DNA of 64,000 nt from Eukaryota sp. TZLM1-RC (GCA_040285825.1 JAUPSS010000010.1:1052881-1116880); one strand, 5' to 3'; shown: positions 10,988 through 24,050, counted from the first letter of the stretch. The notes: generated by a model from the sequence alone, not told the origin. A program made the numbers and translations.

Positions 10988-12366
10988 TAGAACAGGTGAT
11001 GTGAATGCAAGAGAGGATTGGGTTTAGTTAAAGTTGGCAGAATTCACCTAAAATTGTTTTTCTGTAGAAATAACGAGAATTCAATGATTTGGGTTTGTGA
11101 ATTGCAAGATTGGTGAATCACCATTCCCATTCCTTTTCCATTCACCTCTGATTTTTCTCTGATCAAAATTAATTAATGCCTCTAAAAACTTATCACCTCT
11201 TTTCTGGGTTAGATATATCTTCCCTCATAGTGGCAGCAAGTGAAGACAGCAAGTACAGAGCTCTTGATGCTTTGTCTTCTTTTCACACAGGTCAGAAACA
11301 CTGAAGAGAACATACCTCTGTATGTATGGATCGCAAAAATCAATTGTGAAAAAGGTATACGAGAGACATAAACTGTTGTTTTTGTTTTATTGAACTTGTG
11401 AACTTAACAAAATAAAATCATAATTAATGGGACGAAATTCATTGAACCAAGACTTACTCTACAAAATCTTCATCCACATAAATCTTATACAATTAAAGAA
11501 TTATAAACATGTAAAAAACAAAATGTTGGTGAACATATTGCTGGATCACAATTTTTACATAAAGAATTGACTGAATGCAAAATCATTGAATCAGAAAATC
11601 AAAGTTGTGAGGCACTATGCGCAATAATGAACACAGAAAGAGTTTTCGATGGAATAATAGATGGTAGGCCTAGGTTGAGAAACTAGGTCTATAAAAAACT
11701 GGAAAACTAGGTTTCTAGTAAAAAGAATTTTTTTACTAATTTTGGTAGATCCACTTAGATACATCAAGTCGCGAGGCTTTATTCTGTAAAAGCAGTAGTT
11801 GTATTACGAGCACTACGAATGAATGTCTTCTGGAACTAAAAGAAAATTGTGACTATGCTTATTGTTGTTTAATGATTGAAACAAGAGCTGAACAAAGAGT
11901 TGATTTGCTCACTTATTGGTTAGATGGAATGGGCAGTAAAGCTGAAGAACAAATGGGTTTTCTGTGTTAAAAAGTGATGCTAGAACACCGTAATTCTACT
12001 CTTTTTCCACAATGCTCTTTGGTAGAATGTTGGGAAAAATCAAAGCTGGTAGTTCTTTTCATTGAAAGGGATGATGCAAAGTGTAATGATTTTGTGTTGA
12101 TCAATGATAAAACAAACAAATGGAAAAATCTTTAATGTTGGCTCAACATAGTGCTGACTGGCGCCACGTTTTCATATACCGTCAAACTCGGCTTAAGCAA
12201 AACAAACGAATTAATAGAAATAGACATACATAACAAATAATAAGTGCTTACCAACTTCTTGGCTTTAAATGGAAATGAACAAATTGCTCCAATGATGCTA
12301 AAAAATCAGTGAAAAATATAATACAAAGTATTAACGAAACAAATAAAATAATAAACACCCTCAATG

Positions 12367-14262
12367 TCACCTAAACCTGGATTCAGCATCGTAATTCTGA
12401 AGGGCATCAAACACAGAAGAAAGTGACTTTGACTCAGATTCAGACATTGAAGACAAGCTCTCTATCAACTCATCTCCAACCAATGAGTCACCAATGGCGA
12501 GGGACTCAGACATCGACTCATGAGAAGGTTCTTGTGTAGAAGAAGAGAGAGAAGCCACGTCAAAGCCCTCTTTGAAAGCCTCAACCTCACTTTTCCATTG
12601 GTTGGCAAGCTCCATTATCCTCTTATTCTCAGCATTGAGATGTGCAATCTGCTCCTTATGGTTCTCTTCAAGTCTCCTTATACGTTCCTCAAACTGCTGT
12701 ACTGTCGATTGATGTTGTGCAACGATTTCCGCCTTTTGTTTTTGAAATTCCACAGCTGTTTGTTCTAATTCTTTATTCAACTCCCCTAAAATTGTTTTAA
12801 GTTTTTCATTCTGGTTCTTAAGCTTTGAGTTTTCATTCGTAGCTCCCTCTATTTGTGACTTTGCAGAAGACACTTTATTACTAAGCGCAGATAGTCTTTT
12901 TGTTTCAGTTTTGAGTTCAGTCAGTTCTTTGGATTGAGAATCAATTAAGTCTAGTAGCTTGATCCTTTCTACTTCTGCTTTTCTGAATTTAGATTTAAAT
13001 AAAGAAATTAAATCATTTTGTGCTTTTTCTTGGTTGACATAAGATTTTAAAACATTTTTAATTTTGGTTTCACTCTCTTTAGACTCTGAAAGTTGTTGCT
13101 GAACCTCATTGAAAGAACTAGAAAGTTTTAAGTTTTCTTGTTGGGCAGTTTTTAACTGGGTTGTGATTTCGGCAACCTGTTGATTGAGGTCTTGATTAGT
13201 CTTTGATGTTTGATCATTTTGTGATTCTAACTGTTGATTAGCAGCTATCAACTCATCAATTCGAGTAGTTAACCCCTCAAGTTTCCCAGTCGTGATTGAT
13301 TGATTTTGATTAACATTCTCATATTTCAAACTTAATTCTTCAATTATTAATTCCTTTTGTTGTAATTCTTCTTTCAAATTACCATTATCTTCAACAAGAC
13401 TGTCAACCTCAGCTTGTAAAGAATTTGCCTTTTGTGTGATTTCGGAAACTTGCCGTTCTGAATCTGTCTGTAAACGTGATAATTGACCCTTTATTGCAGT
13501 CAGTTCCTCATCAAGCTTAGCGTTTTCCTTGATATATTCAGAATTCTCCTCTTGACATGAATTTAGTTCAGTTTTTAATTCAGTCATTAATTCTTCTTGT
13601 TTATCTTCATTTTGAGAAAGAAGTGTTTGGAATTCGTCTCTTTCCGAAGTTGTATTTGACAATTCTTGCTTTAATCTACTATTATCCAATTCTAGAGTTT
13701 GTTTTCCAGAATTAACTTGGCTTAATTCGTCTTTTAATTGTTGATTTTCATTTTTAATGGTGGTAAACTCCTCCAAATTCTGGCAAAGATCACGATTTTC
13801 ACGTTGTAATTTCTCCACTATTCCGAGTAATTCAGTATTTTTTGTCTGAATTGATGATAAATTGAAAGATAATTCAGAACATTTATCAACCGTTTTCTGT
13901 TCATCTTCACGGAGTTTCTTCTTCAACTTTTCATTCTCCCTCGTCAAGGAAGACATGGTCTTCTCAGCCTCCACAACATACCTTTGATGTTCCGAGATCA
14001 GATCAGACTTGGAGACTAGCAGGGAGTCCCTTGTGGAAGAAAGAGTCGAGAGTTGGGCTTTGAGATCACTGATGCTAGACTCTTTTAGTGATAGTTCGTC
14101 ACGTAGGGAATAGATGAGGTCTTCAAATTTAGAGATTTCAGCGTCTCGGGCTTTTATAACATTGATGTTGTGAAAGAAATCAGATTCAAGTTCTGATAGC
14201 TTATCATTGAGTTCAAGGACTTCATCGTTGAGACGTGCTGCCTCACGACAACCACAGCTCAT
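12367..14262 (-). CDS. Long coiled-coil protein, function unknown
   Basis: 631-aa ORF with E/K/Q/L-rich heptads and an acidic Ser-rich tail. Confidence 0.75.
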   Translation of the reverse strand: MSCGCREAARLNDEVLELNDKLSELESDFFHNINVIKARDAEISKFEDLIYSLRDELSLKESSISDLKAQLSTLSSTRDSLLVSKSDLISEHQRYVVEAEKTMSSLTRENEKLKKKLREDEQKTVDKCSELSFNLSSIQTKNTELLGIVEKLQRENRDLCQNLEEFTTIKNENQQLKDELSQVNSGKQTLELDNSRLKQELSNTTSERDEFQTLLSQNEDKQEELMTELKTELNSCQEENSEYIKENAKLDEELTAIKGQLSRLQTDSERQVSEITQKANSLQAEVDSLVEDNGNLKEELQQKELIIEELSLKYENVNQNQSITTGKLEGLTTRIDELIAANQQLESQNDQTSKTNQDLNQQVAEITTQLKTAQQENLKLSSSFNEVQQQLSESKESETKIKNVLKSYVNQEKAQNDLISLFKSKFRKAEVERIKLLDLIDSQSKELTELKTETKRLSALSNKVSSAKSQIEGATNENSKLKNQNEKLKTILGELNKELEQTAVEFQKQKAEIVAQHQSTVQQFEERIRRLEENHKEQIAHLNAENKRIMELANQWKSEVEAFKEGFDVASLSSSTQEPSHESMSESLAIGDSLVGDELIESLSSMSESESKSLSSVFDALQNYDAESRFR

Positions 14263-14794
14263 GAAAAATTTTAAAGAGGAGGAGATTAGGAGTCGGAAAT
14301 TCTATTTGGGGAATAGAATCATTCATCATCAACCAAAAGAACAACCATTCCTCAAGTTCATTTCCACTCTTTTAACTGGTTCTGCATGAAAATAAATATC
14401 AGACTTCGTTTCTTAATCTGGCCTGATGATATACTTCTTTTTTCAATTCGTATTTGATCACCACTAATTTCTTCAATAGCAAACATTTTAATTGCCCTTT
14501 AAATCCAAATTTATGATGATATAAGGGAGCAATTAGTATATACGTGGTAGACTCACATAATGTTATCTTTTATTGAACCTCATCTGTCAGATCCATTTGA
14601 CGCTACAAATGATTTCTATGAATATCAGAGGTGATGATATTTTACCTGGATCAAAGAAAAACCTGAATCAAAATAAATGTAAGTTCTCGAATGAAAAGCT
14701 TGCTACTTCTGAAGTTCATAATCCTCGTTTAAATGTTGAAAAAAACCAAGAGCAAACAGAACAGTGACTCTATTTCCAAATTGTCCACCCGACA

Positions 14795-15070
14795 GCATGC
14801 AAAATACAATTTGTATTCTCTAACATTTGCGAAATTTGGTTCACCGGCTCAGACGGCTTTAACTTTTTTGGTAGAGTTTTGAATGAGCGTAGGAAAAACA
14901 TTAATAGAAACTTTAACAGAATGTTTTGGCAAAATGAATTTGTATTTTATATTTTTAAGGGTATGTTGAAGATGCTTTCTGGAGCTCATCAATTCTTTTG
15001 AATATCACTGAGTGAAAGTTTCACCTTGTTGTTTTGTTTTGGGAGAGATGGATTATTTTGATGTTGAATC
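14795..15070 (+). mobile_element. 3' remnant of a CRE-like RLE non-LTR element
   Basis: HAKYNL..NRNFNRMFWQN..IFKGMLKM; homologous to the reverse complement of 49342-49620. Confidence 0.6.
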
Positions 15071-16043
15071 ATATTTTGTTCACTAAAGGCTCTATTCAAA
15101 CCACTTATTTATACCACTAGAATCATTGTCAATTCAGGAGTTCATCCACAGAAACGTCCACATTGGTGAGATAACTGACAACAATATGTGGTGAAATTAA
15201 AATTAAATTTTGCTGATTTTTATTCCTTATTCGATCAAAAATGTGAGTATATGATACATTCTTGGTTATAGTAGTAGAAAACCCTTTGCGTTTGCTTTCA
15301 TAAATGTCCAGTTCTAAACTTGGGACATTGATACATTGTATCTATTGGTCAGCAGAACCAGGCATCTAAACTGCCAGCATTTTTGGTTTTGAAACTTGTC
15401 CCCATTTGTTGCGAAATAATAACTCCATAACTGAAGCTTATTCTTTGAAAAATGGATTTTTGGTGAAATTTTCTTTTCCGTACTACATTCAGTTCCCAAT
15501 TAATAACAAGTTACGGAAAATCTTGAATTGGGTTTAAATTGTAGTAAATAAGCAATACCTTCTGCTAATTCAAAGTAAAATGAGACCAACTTGTGCATTT
15601 ACAAGTGTTATTTCTGACATTGCTGAACTTTTTTTATTGTTATCAAAAATTGGCATAACCTCCTCTTCATTTATTTATTTAATTTGACTCTGAATATTCG
15701 AATTTCCATCGATACAATTTAAAGTTAATAAATAAATAAAAGAATTGTTCTTTCGTCTTTTGACAAGCAGAATAAACAGCTTGTTTGCAAGCTTATCGAA
15801 ATGAACAATGGGTTGGTTGATTAATGTTACAATGATATATTTCAATGACCTATATTGGCTACTGAAAGTGTAAGGTTCAGTTGTTGTTTACAAATCTGTA
15901 AAGGTGGAGTAGGATTTCATCAATGAAGATCATGTCATACTTAAGTGCCATTCATAACATCCGGCTTTCGCTCAAATGCTCATTGATGGTGTAATGCTAA
16001 TATGCCACGTAAGCATGACGAAAAATCTCATCTTCATCTCCCA

Positions 16044-18083
16044 ATGTCTCACTTAGAATGTGGAATATGCCTTCAGATCATGGAGCAACCGACTACGCTA
16101 CCTTGTGGCCATAGCTTCTGTCGTGATCGCTGCCTGTTACCCTCAATGAAGCGTAACTCCACCTGTCCTCAATGCCATGAGGTGATTCCATCGATGTGTC
16201 ATCGTATTAACATCACTCTGCGTGATATTATTGAATCCTTCTCTCAACATTCTCCCGAACCTCAACTCTGCAAAGGATGTGAAGATGCTCCTGCCACCCT
16301 CTTCTGCTCTGATTGCGATTATTCTCTTTGTAACCAATGCTCTGATAAAGCCCACAGTCTCAAGATGTTCCAATCCCACAACATCGTACCCCTCTCCGAA
16401 CGCTCAAATGTCTCCCTACCAAAATGCCCTCACCATAAGGGCAAGCAAATCGAGCATTATTGCACCAAGTGCAAGGTTGCTCTATGCGATTCATGTGGCT
16501 TGCTCCAAGGCCACTCACTCCACCATGAAGCTCTTGTTTCTTTTTCACAAGCCAAGGAAGCCTTCACAAAGCAAATTGAAGAGTTTCAAGCCAAGGCTTC
16601 CACTATTACCCCCTTAGTAGTTCAATCCGCGGATAAAGTAGAATCTGTCGTAAGGGAAACCCTCAATCAATCCCAATCACTTCTTCATGATTTGATTGGT
16701 GATTTGATTAGACAGTCAGGCACCAAACTTCAGCAGTTGGAATCATCAAATACTGTTGAAGAATCACTTGCTTTTGATGGTGCTGCCAAGGAAAGAGCTC
16801 AAGAAGAGATTCAAAAGATTTATAATGTAGTTGATGAATTTAAAACTACTTTATTTTGTTGTTTTGATAATTTGGAATCTGAAACTATTGGTTTTAAGCT
16901 ATCTTTATTAGGTAAATTACTTGGCAAGGAGTTGATTGATGTTGACAAGTTGAATATTTCAAAAAGAGCTCAAGAACTTGTTTTTGCTGCCCAAATTAGT
17001 CAAGACTGTGTCCCTTCAAGAGATGAAATTGATGAATTAATTCCTCTTGAAATTGACTTGGAATTAAAACAAAAATTAATTATCAATTTTATTAATAATT
17101 CAAAATCAATTAATTTTTCAGATTTCATTTGGCTCTTTAACCTTGAATCAAATTTAGTTTCTAATATTGATTTTGATTTAGTTATTTCTAAATTGGAATT
17201 TGGTAGGTTATCCAATCAAGAATTTATCAATATTGTTAATTTTGCAATTCAACAATCTAATTTGTTATTAAGCAAGGTTATTGATAATTATTCATTTGAA
17301 TTGGTTCCAGAATTACCAGCTATTCCAATTAATTTATTATTAAATATTACTTTAACAAATTCTTTAAATAAAAGAAAAGAAGAATGGTTGGAGAAGGTAA
17401 TTAAAAAGAATTGTTCAAGGGACAATATTGGTGAAATTTCCAGAAGTTTATTAGGAAGGGAATTGATGTCCACAAAAATTAGTGTTGGGGTTTGGGTTCA
17501 TTCAGATCACATGAACGACATAACCACCAAGCTTAATAAAGGTTTAACTGAAAATTGGGGGGATTTAGAAGTTGTTATTAATTCAAGTGGTAACGCCATC
17601 AACAATTACAACGAACTTGAACCCTTTGATGTGGTGGTGTTGGATCCTCACCATGTCTCTTGTCCCGGCCAATACCTAAACCAGCTGTTAGAAGCTGGTA
17701 AGGGTTTGGTATTGTTCAACTTTAATCCACAAAAAAGCCCCCAAGGGTTTAATTACTCTTGCTTTAGTGGGGGTAATTATACTAACCTTTATTCACAACA
17801 AAACATTGTTAAAACAAACTCAAATGACCCAGTATTCACAAAAGTCAACTCTTTTGTTGTTCCTCATGCTCGTAAAGATGCCCAACTTGTCAATGGAACC
17901 TTGTTGGCAAGTGTGTCTAATGGAAGTCCTTTGATTGCAAAGAATGAAATAGGACAAGGTAGAATTGTGGAGTTTGGATGTGTTTATTGGAGTAGTGATA
18001 TTGGTGGTCATGGCTGGCAAAGCTCAACTGATGGTCACAGGTTGTTTGCCAATTCTATTGTATGGGCTTGTAAAGGGATTTAG
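16044..18083 (+). CDS. TRIM-like protein copy 2 (no linked RT remnant)
   Basis: Same architecture as copy 1. Similarity ends at TAAATTGGTTTTTGTGG (~18108). Confidence 0.85.
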   Translation: MSHLECGICLQIMEQPTTLPCGHSFCRDRCLLPSMKRNSTCPQCHEVIPSMCHRINITLRDIIESFSQHSPEPQLCKGCEDAPATLFCSDCDYSLCNQCSDKAHSLKMFQSHNIVPLSERSNVSLPKCPHHKGKQIEHYCTKCKVALCDSCGLLQGHSLHHEALVSFSQAKEAFTKQIEEFQAKASTITPLVVQSADKVESVVRETLNQSQSLLHDLIGDLIRQSGTKLQQLESSNTVEESLAFDGAAKERAQEEIQKIYNVVDEFKTTLFCCFDNLESETIGFKLSLLGKLLGKELIDVDKLNISKRAQELVFAAQISQDCVPSRDEIDELIPLEIDLELKQKLIINFINNSKSINFSDFIWLFNLESNLVSNIDFDLVISKLEFGRLSNQEFINIVNFAIQQSNLLLSKVIDNYSFELVPELPAIPINLLLNITLTNSLNKRKEEWLEKVIKKNCSRDNIGEISRSLLGRELMSTKISVGVWVHSDHMNDITTKLNKGLTENWGDLEVVINSSGNAINNYNELEPFDVVVLDPHHVSCPGQYLNQLLEAGKGLVLFNFNPQKSPQGFNYSCFSGGNYTNLYSQQNIVKTNSNDPVFTKVNSFVVPHARKDAQLVNGTLLASVSNGSPLIAKNEIGQGRIVEFGCVYWSSDIGGHGWQSSTDGHRLFANSIVWACKGI

Positions 18084-19165
18084 TTTGTAAATAAATTGGT
18101 TTTTGTGGTTAATAATTAGTTTTATCTTTTGTACAGATTTCTGTTTTCTCACAACAATTTTTCGTCTTCCTATTGAAGTTGGTAAAAAAGACTGAAAGAG
18201 GCTAGGATTGTACAGAGGAAATCTTTGTTTGTTCAATTTCAACCCATTAGATCCGATTCCTTTTTTATTAAGTGCTCATCTTCATTAAAGTTTATATGAA
18301 AAAATAGAATTTCCAAAAGACCAACTTCGATTAAATAATCTTAAACTTTTCTCTATCAGATAGCATTTGTTAGCACAATTTTTGCAAAAAACATTGGTAC
18401 TTTTGGTATAAATAATAGACCTAGATCAACGTGAATAAGGTTTTTTGCAACACTATTCAATCTTCAATACTTAATTTCAATCATTTTTAATAATGACTAA
18501 AACGGAATTTATGAAATAACAATAGGATTTGTTCAAACTCTTTAGACATCAAATTAATTCCTTTGCGAAAATTCTAGAATGATTGAATGGAGAAAGAAGT
18601 TTTCTACTTCTAATTTTATTTAATCAGCTAATGACTGTTATGAGAATTGGAAAACGAAAGGATTAATGTTTGATTTGGATGTTGATTAGGGGATGCCAGT
18701 AGGTATGCCCAAGATTTAAGATTAAAAATCAATTACATCATCTCATCTTGGTGCAGCAAATCGACTGATGTATCTGCACCTTTTTAAACAATATTTACAT
18801 ATATGATTTATAATATGTTATTGTGGTCAAATGAAAAATGTATCGCAGGAATTTTGTCAAAGACAAATACAGCACTTCATAAATATTTGTTAAGAAATCT
18901 TAGTCATTTTTACAATTGAGCTAAAGTTTTATTTGAAATTTGTTATGTATTTATTGCAGTAAATGAATTGTGTATTAGACAAATATCAAATGTAATGTCT
19001 GCTTCAAGGACATTTTTATATGACAACATTTTGCATTATGAACAACTTTAATTGGGAAAATACCAATTCAATCTTTTTGGTATTTTTTTATTTTTATTTT
19101 TATTTTTCAGGGTTGTGAAGGTGAATTTTATGGTATGAAAGAATCTATAATAACTTTCTATTTCC

Positions 19166-22081
19166 ATGCCTTTTACACATATTGGAACCTTTACCCACAA
19201 GTTTGAGGTTTCTAAATATGTTCATAACGCCACTAGATGCTCAGTAGTTAATGTCAATCTACCAAACAGTCCTCTCTCACACATGTCTGTAACGTTTCCT
19301 ACTGTGCCCAACTCAGACAGTGGTATTCCTCATTGTCTTGAACATCTTGTTTTTCTTGGATCGGAGCATTTCAAGCATAAAGGAACATTAGATAAAATTG
19401 CCACTCTTTCACTCTCCGATGGCACTAATGCTCATACCTTCATCGATCAGACAGTCTATTCTTGTGTATGTGCTGGTAATGAGGGGATTCTGCAACTCCT
19501 CCCTGTTTACATCGATCACCTATTCCGCCCAACCATAACCCATGAGAAAATGCTTACTGAGATCCATCACATTGACGGTGCAGGGAAAGACGGAGGTGTG
19601 GTTTACTGTGAAGTTAGCTCAGATCATTATTCATCTGAAAATCTTACATTTATGACATTATTAAAAGAATTGTATAAAGATAATAATTTCAAATACAATT
19701 ACGGTGGTGATCCTCACGAATTGGAGACTTTGACTTTGGAAGACGTCCTGAGATTTCACAAGAACTTTTACAGACCTCAGAAGTGTATGATTTTAACTAT
19801 TGGTAATATTGATTCAGAAAGTCTTTTGAATTCAATTGACGAATATTTCACAGGAATTGAGTCAATTGCAGATTCATCGTTGACTGCTGATGTCGAGTTG
19901 CCAACCCCCACAGTCAGTCAAACCGTAATCAAAAACGTTTACTTTCCTTCTGATGATGAGGACATTGGAACGGTTTTGTTGGGTTTTCTGTACACAAATG
20001 TCAATAATCATCTCGATTTGATTGCAATCAATGTGTTGATTGATTATCTCTCAGAGGGGTCAAGCTCTCCTTTTGTCAAATATTTGGTTGAATCTGAAGA
20101 TTCTTATTGTTCATCAGTTTTGATTGAGTCAATTGAAGTCAAGGATGTATCGCTCATAATTTCATGTGACGACGTTGACTACGAGAAAATTGAGGAAATA
20201 GGGGAGGTGATTGATGGTTTGATTGATGATTTGATTGGCAGTGGGTTAGATTGGGAACGTTTACACAGTCTGATTGAACGTAATCATCGACAATCACTTT
20301 TTGATCTTGATTGTAACCCTCTGTCGACTATTTCTGAGCTTGTGGTCAGGGACTTTCTCAATTCTGACACGTTCCCAGTCAACAACGACTCTTTACGTAA
20401 CGTTATCAGTCAGAAATATCTGGAATTATTTAAGTTAAACAAAGATTATTGGATAGATTTATTGAGGGTTTTCAAGAGACCTCGGGTTGAAGTTAGAGGT
20501 TACCCGTCTATCCAGAAAGGGAAAGAGGTAGAGAATCAATCAAAAATGATTGTGCAGAAACGTGTGCATCAACTAGGAGAGCAAGGGCTCAAAGTGTGTG
20601 AAGAAAAGCTCATAAAGGCCCAGAAAAGTCAAGCAAAGTCTCCTGATCCTAAAATATTTGAGAACTTCTCTGTTCCTCACCCTTCATCAATTGAATTCAT
20701 TAATGTTTCAATGCAAAATCTGGCTAATTTTTACATTTCCACTATTAATTCAAGTAATTTCAATACTATTCGGTTATTATTCGATTTGAGCACCTTTTCA
20801 AGCCTCGAACTATCATTATTTCCACTGCTAACCAATTGTTTTTTCCGTCAGAATGTTGTTGACTCGGCCGGAAATATTTTGAATTCAGAAGACTTGAACG
20901 ATTTGTTTGAAAAACTTTCTGTGGCATTTTGGGCTGGTCTCGGTGTTTCTTGTGGTCACACGTCATCAGTCTCTGGAAATCCATTGACCAATCTATTTGA
21001 GCTAGGATTTGTGGCCGATGTTCAAAATGTACCTAAGGTTTTGAGTTTATTCAAAAGTCTCCTCCAAAACGGAACTCTTACATCATTGATTGTCGATAAC
21101 GTAAAGAAGGTCATAAAGAGTCAAATCAATAGCTCAAAAAGAGATGGTGGATCGTTGTTACCAAAAATTGTGGATTATTACATTTTTAATAATTCTATTT
21201 TGAATGATACATCAATTTTTAAAACTTTCAAAATTTTATCAATGTTCGACAAGGAAGAGCTCACTGACAAGCTCAATCAGCTAATAAAGAAGCTGTTTTT
21301 TGAACGATCAAAAATTTTAAGAATCGGTGTTTCTGGTCTTGGTACTTCGACAGAGTCAATTACTGATCTCTTTTCTATTAGTAAAGAACCGCTACCAGAA
21401 CTACCGAAAATTTCCAATTGTCTGGTTAATTTCACCCAATTACCAACTTATAATATTATTAAATCACCCGTTATTAATTCTAATTTTGTGTCAATGGTTA
21501 TTAAAGGTCCTACTTCATTTAATTTTCCAAATAAAGCCGCTCTTATTGTCGCTTTAGAATACCTTAACCAACTAGAGGGACCCCTTTACACTCAAATCAG
21601 GGGACTTGGGATTAGCTATCATTTTGATTTGAGTCTGGATTCGGAGCTTGGTGTAATAAAATTCGAACTTTATGACTGTGGTGATGCTTTAAAGGGAATT
21701 TCCAAGTTTAAAGAAGTCTTGAGGAATTTTGTGGAAGGTCAAAATGGTGACGTTTTTGATCCTATTCAGTTCAAAGCAGCAATAGCTTCGTCTATTTATA
21801 GCATAACTTCTTCAGAATCGTCTGTGAGTTTGGCAGGTTTTAAATCGACTGTTATGCAATTAAAGGGTTATAGTCTTGATTGGTCAAGGAGTTTGATCGA
21901 TGAGATTAGGGATATGAGTAAGGATTTGGTATTGTATGCCTTCAAACAATTTCTTGGACCTTTTCTTGAAGATTCTTGCAGAATTTTCATTGTCACTTCA
22001 ACCACAGATGCAGAAAAAATTACTGCAGGTCTTCAGGATCAGAGTCTTGATGAGCAATATGTTTCTGATCTATTTAAGTAG
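19166..22081 (+). CDS. M16C (PreP/insulinase-like) zinc metallopeptidase
   Basis: Inverted zinc motif GIPHCLEHLVFLGS (HxxEH); TNAHT..DQTVY; GVVYCE; FHKNFYRP; EGPLYTQIRGLG. 971 aa. Confidence 0.85.
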   Translation: MPFTHIGTFTHKFEVSKYVHNATRCSVVNVNLPNSPLSHMSVTFPTVPNSDSGIPHCLEHLVFLGSEHFKHKGTLDKIATLSLSDGTNAHTFIDQTVYSCVCAGNEGILQLLPVYIDHLFRPTITHEKMLTEIHHIDGAGKDGGVVYCEVSSDHYSSENLTFMTLLKELYKDNNFKYNYGGDPHELETLTLEDVLRFHKNFYRPQKCMILTIGNIDSESLLNSIDEYFTGIESIADSSLTADVELPTPTVSQTVIKNVYFPSDDEDIGTVLLGFLYTNVNNHLDLIAINVLIDYLSEGSSSPFVKYLVESEDSYCSSVLIESIEVKDVSLIISCDDVDYEKIEEIGEVIDGLIDDLIGSGLDWERLHSLIERNHRQSLFDLDCNPLSTISELVVRDFLNSDTFPVNNDSLRNVISQKYLELFKLNKDYWIDLLRVFKRPRVEVRGYPSIQKGKEVENQSKMIVQKRVHQLGEQGLKVCEEKLIKAQKSQAKSPDPKIFENFSVPHPSSIEFINVSMQNLANFYISTINSSNFNTIRLLFDLSTFSSLELSLFPLLTNCFFRQNVVDSAGNILNSEDLNDLFEKLSVAFWAGLGVSCGHTSSVSGNPLTNLFELGFVADVQNVPKVLSLFKSLLQNGTLTSLIVDNVKKVIKSQINSSKRDGGSLLPKIVDYYIFNNSILNDTSIFKTFKILSMFDKEELTDKLNQLIKKLFFERSKILRIGVSGLGTSTESITDLFSISKEPLPELPKISNCLVNFTQLPTYNIIKSPVINSNFVSMVIKGPTSFNFPNKAALIVALEYLNQLEGPLYTQIRGLGISYHFDLSLDSELGVIKFELYDCGDALKGISKFKEVLRNFVEGQNGDVFDPIQFKAAIASSIYSITSSESSVSLAGFKSTVMQLKGYSLDWSRSLIDEIRDMSKDLVLYAFKQFLGPFLEDSCRIFIVTSTTDAEKITAGLQDQSLDEQYVSDLFK

Positions 22082-23429
22082 TTTTGATTAGGTTTTTAGG
22101 TTTTTGTTTATAGGATTTGTTTTCCCCAATCCATCTGGCTTTGGAATCTCAGTGTTGGACAGAATAGGTTGAATGTTTAGTACAAGGCATGATCAGTGGA
22201 GAATGTGTTAATAAGTTCTTTTATTGTTAGCGATATATGGCTTTTATTTTTCAAATAAATTCAACAATCAGACATGTAAAGCATGCATTGACATCAATGA
22301 AGCACGACAAAATACATCTAAAATCCAAATATAATGAGGTTAATGATCAACAAACATCAAGTATTTTGTTAGAGCCATTCAAGGTTAAAGAGAAGAGGAA
22401 GACAGCATACAGATACTAAGCTCACATTCAACAACGGTGGCTTTCTGTCGAGTGCTGTTGTCTTGTTTGGTGGTGTGTAGGAAACCAATTTGAATAAATG
22501 AAAAATATATTCTTTACAATCCCAACTGTACCTATCCTCTGATGTCCTCTACTGTGCATTTGTTTGACATTCTGTCCGTTCTAGAATAAATAACTGCTAC
22601 CATGAATTATTTCCACATTTCTATGATCGGTAGTATACCGGAACAGCCTTCCACGGCAGTTTTTTCCAAAAATAATGTGAGGGAATACCTCAAAAGTTAT
22701 TATTCCTAAAATATGCCTGAAAGAAATCCGAGTTTGTGTCTCATGTTCATGAATAGAATCACCAGATACAGTATGCAGGAATATCTGAATTCGCTCGCTT
22801 TAACTGTAAAGCAAAACTTTTGAATGTTATTGATTGAATTTCAGAATTTCTTTATTTCTATCATACATGACTGATTGAACTATGATTCATGTTATTGATA
22901 GATTCCTTCTACTTCTCCATAATGCTGTGTATTCTTCTATTCATCCTGGCTTTTGCTTATTCAATATCTAACATAGATGACAACTATCTTAGCTCATGCT
23001 TACAGCATAATCATGAGCGCGTACAAATTGTATCTTTTTACCACAACATAGATGGATCTCTTGAGAATAAAAGAGCAGCAATTGAATATATTACCATGAC
23101 AACAGTTCCACGAACAGTAAAGCGTGAACTCAGAAAACTCACCCTGACATTTCTATTTCCAAAAGAAACATATCTAATTTAAAACAATGTAAACAGCAAG
23201 AAATGATCAATGAAAGTTCGCCTCTTGAATATCTGATCAATAATTTGAGTAATGATATAAGCTTAAGTTAGCACTACCTAATCAGGTGTTGATTTTTGAC
23301 AGTCTTAAAGAACTGTTGTCCCCGAGAATACTATTTTTACATCAAAAATTAAACTTATTTTTACCTAATTTAGATAAAATTCAAAGAGTGAAATACTTTT
23401 TCAGTGTCGACTCACTACAATGTCTGAAC

Positions 23430-23770
23430 TGTAAACAAGTGGGAAGAAGATTTAAAACAATTTTCAAAAAATACTTTAACATGAAAAATTCCTAAACTAC
23501 TACAAGGCAAACAAACAACTTTTCTCTCCATGTTGGAGCTGTTTACTTTAACAAAGCATTGAGAGTCATGAAACTGCGAAAATTCATGGCCACTGAGAGG
23601 TTTGAAGCAAAATGGATGAATGAATTTGAAAATAAGTTTGGAGGTCCAGAAGACAACATTGTAGTGATGGATGATTGGAAGCAAACCAATTTTAAACATC
23701 AAGCACCTACAAAGAATGCTGGTTATTGAAAGATGTTAAAAAAACGAAACTTCCGTCTATGCTTCTTGCT
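23430..23770 (+). pseudogene. Fanzor (TnpB-derived) remnant
   Basis: Frame reads VYFNKALRVMKLRKFMATERFEAKWMNEFENKFGGPEDNIVVMDDWKQTNFKHQAPTKNAGY*KMLKK, collinear with FRKLRWWTEINRTRFEAKM...GDWEQRKHMKFKEPTKG of the 42-45 kb element. Confidence 0.65.
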
Positions 23771-24050
23771 GTAGATCAGCATCTAAAAAAATGAAAGACC
23801 TCAAGTGTCTAGGATTTCGATTTGAGTTGAGTCAAGTTAACTCGAGTCAAACTTATCTGACTCAACTCGACTCGACTCATTCTTTCATCCATTGACTCGA
23901 CTCGACTCATGAGTCAATTAAGTTGACTCGACTCGACTCGACTCATTCTTACATCCATTGAGACAAGTCCACCTTAACATTATCATGAACCATTATTCTA
24001 TTTACATTTTTGATTATTTTTCTGTTCAAATATCATGTCATATCAAATAA

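Noticed and set aside
19166-22081. M16 peptidase as the lanthipeptide leader protease
   Set aside because: It is 8 kb away, outside the repeat-bounded cassette, and looks like a housekeeping eukaryotic M16C.
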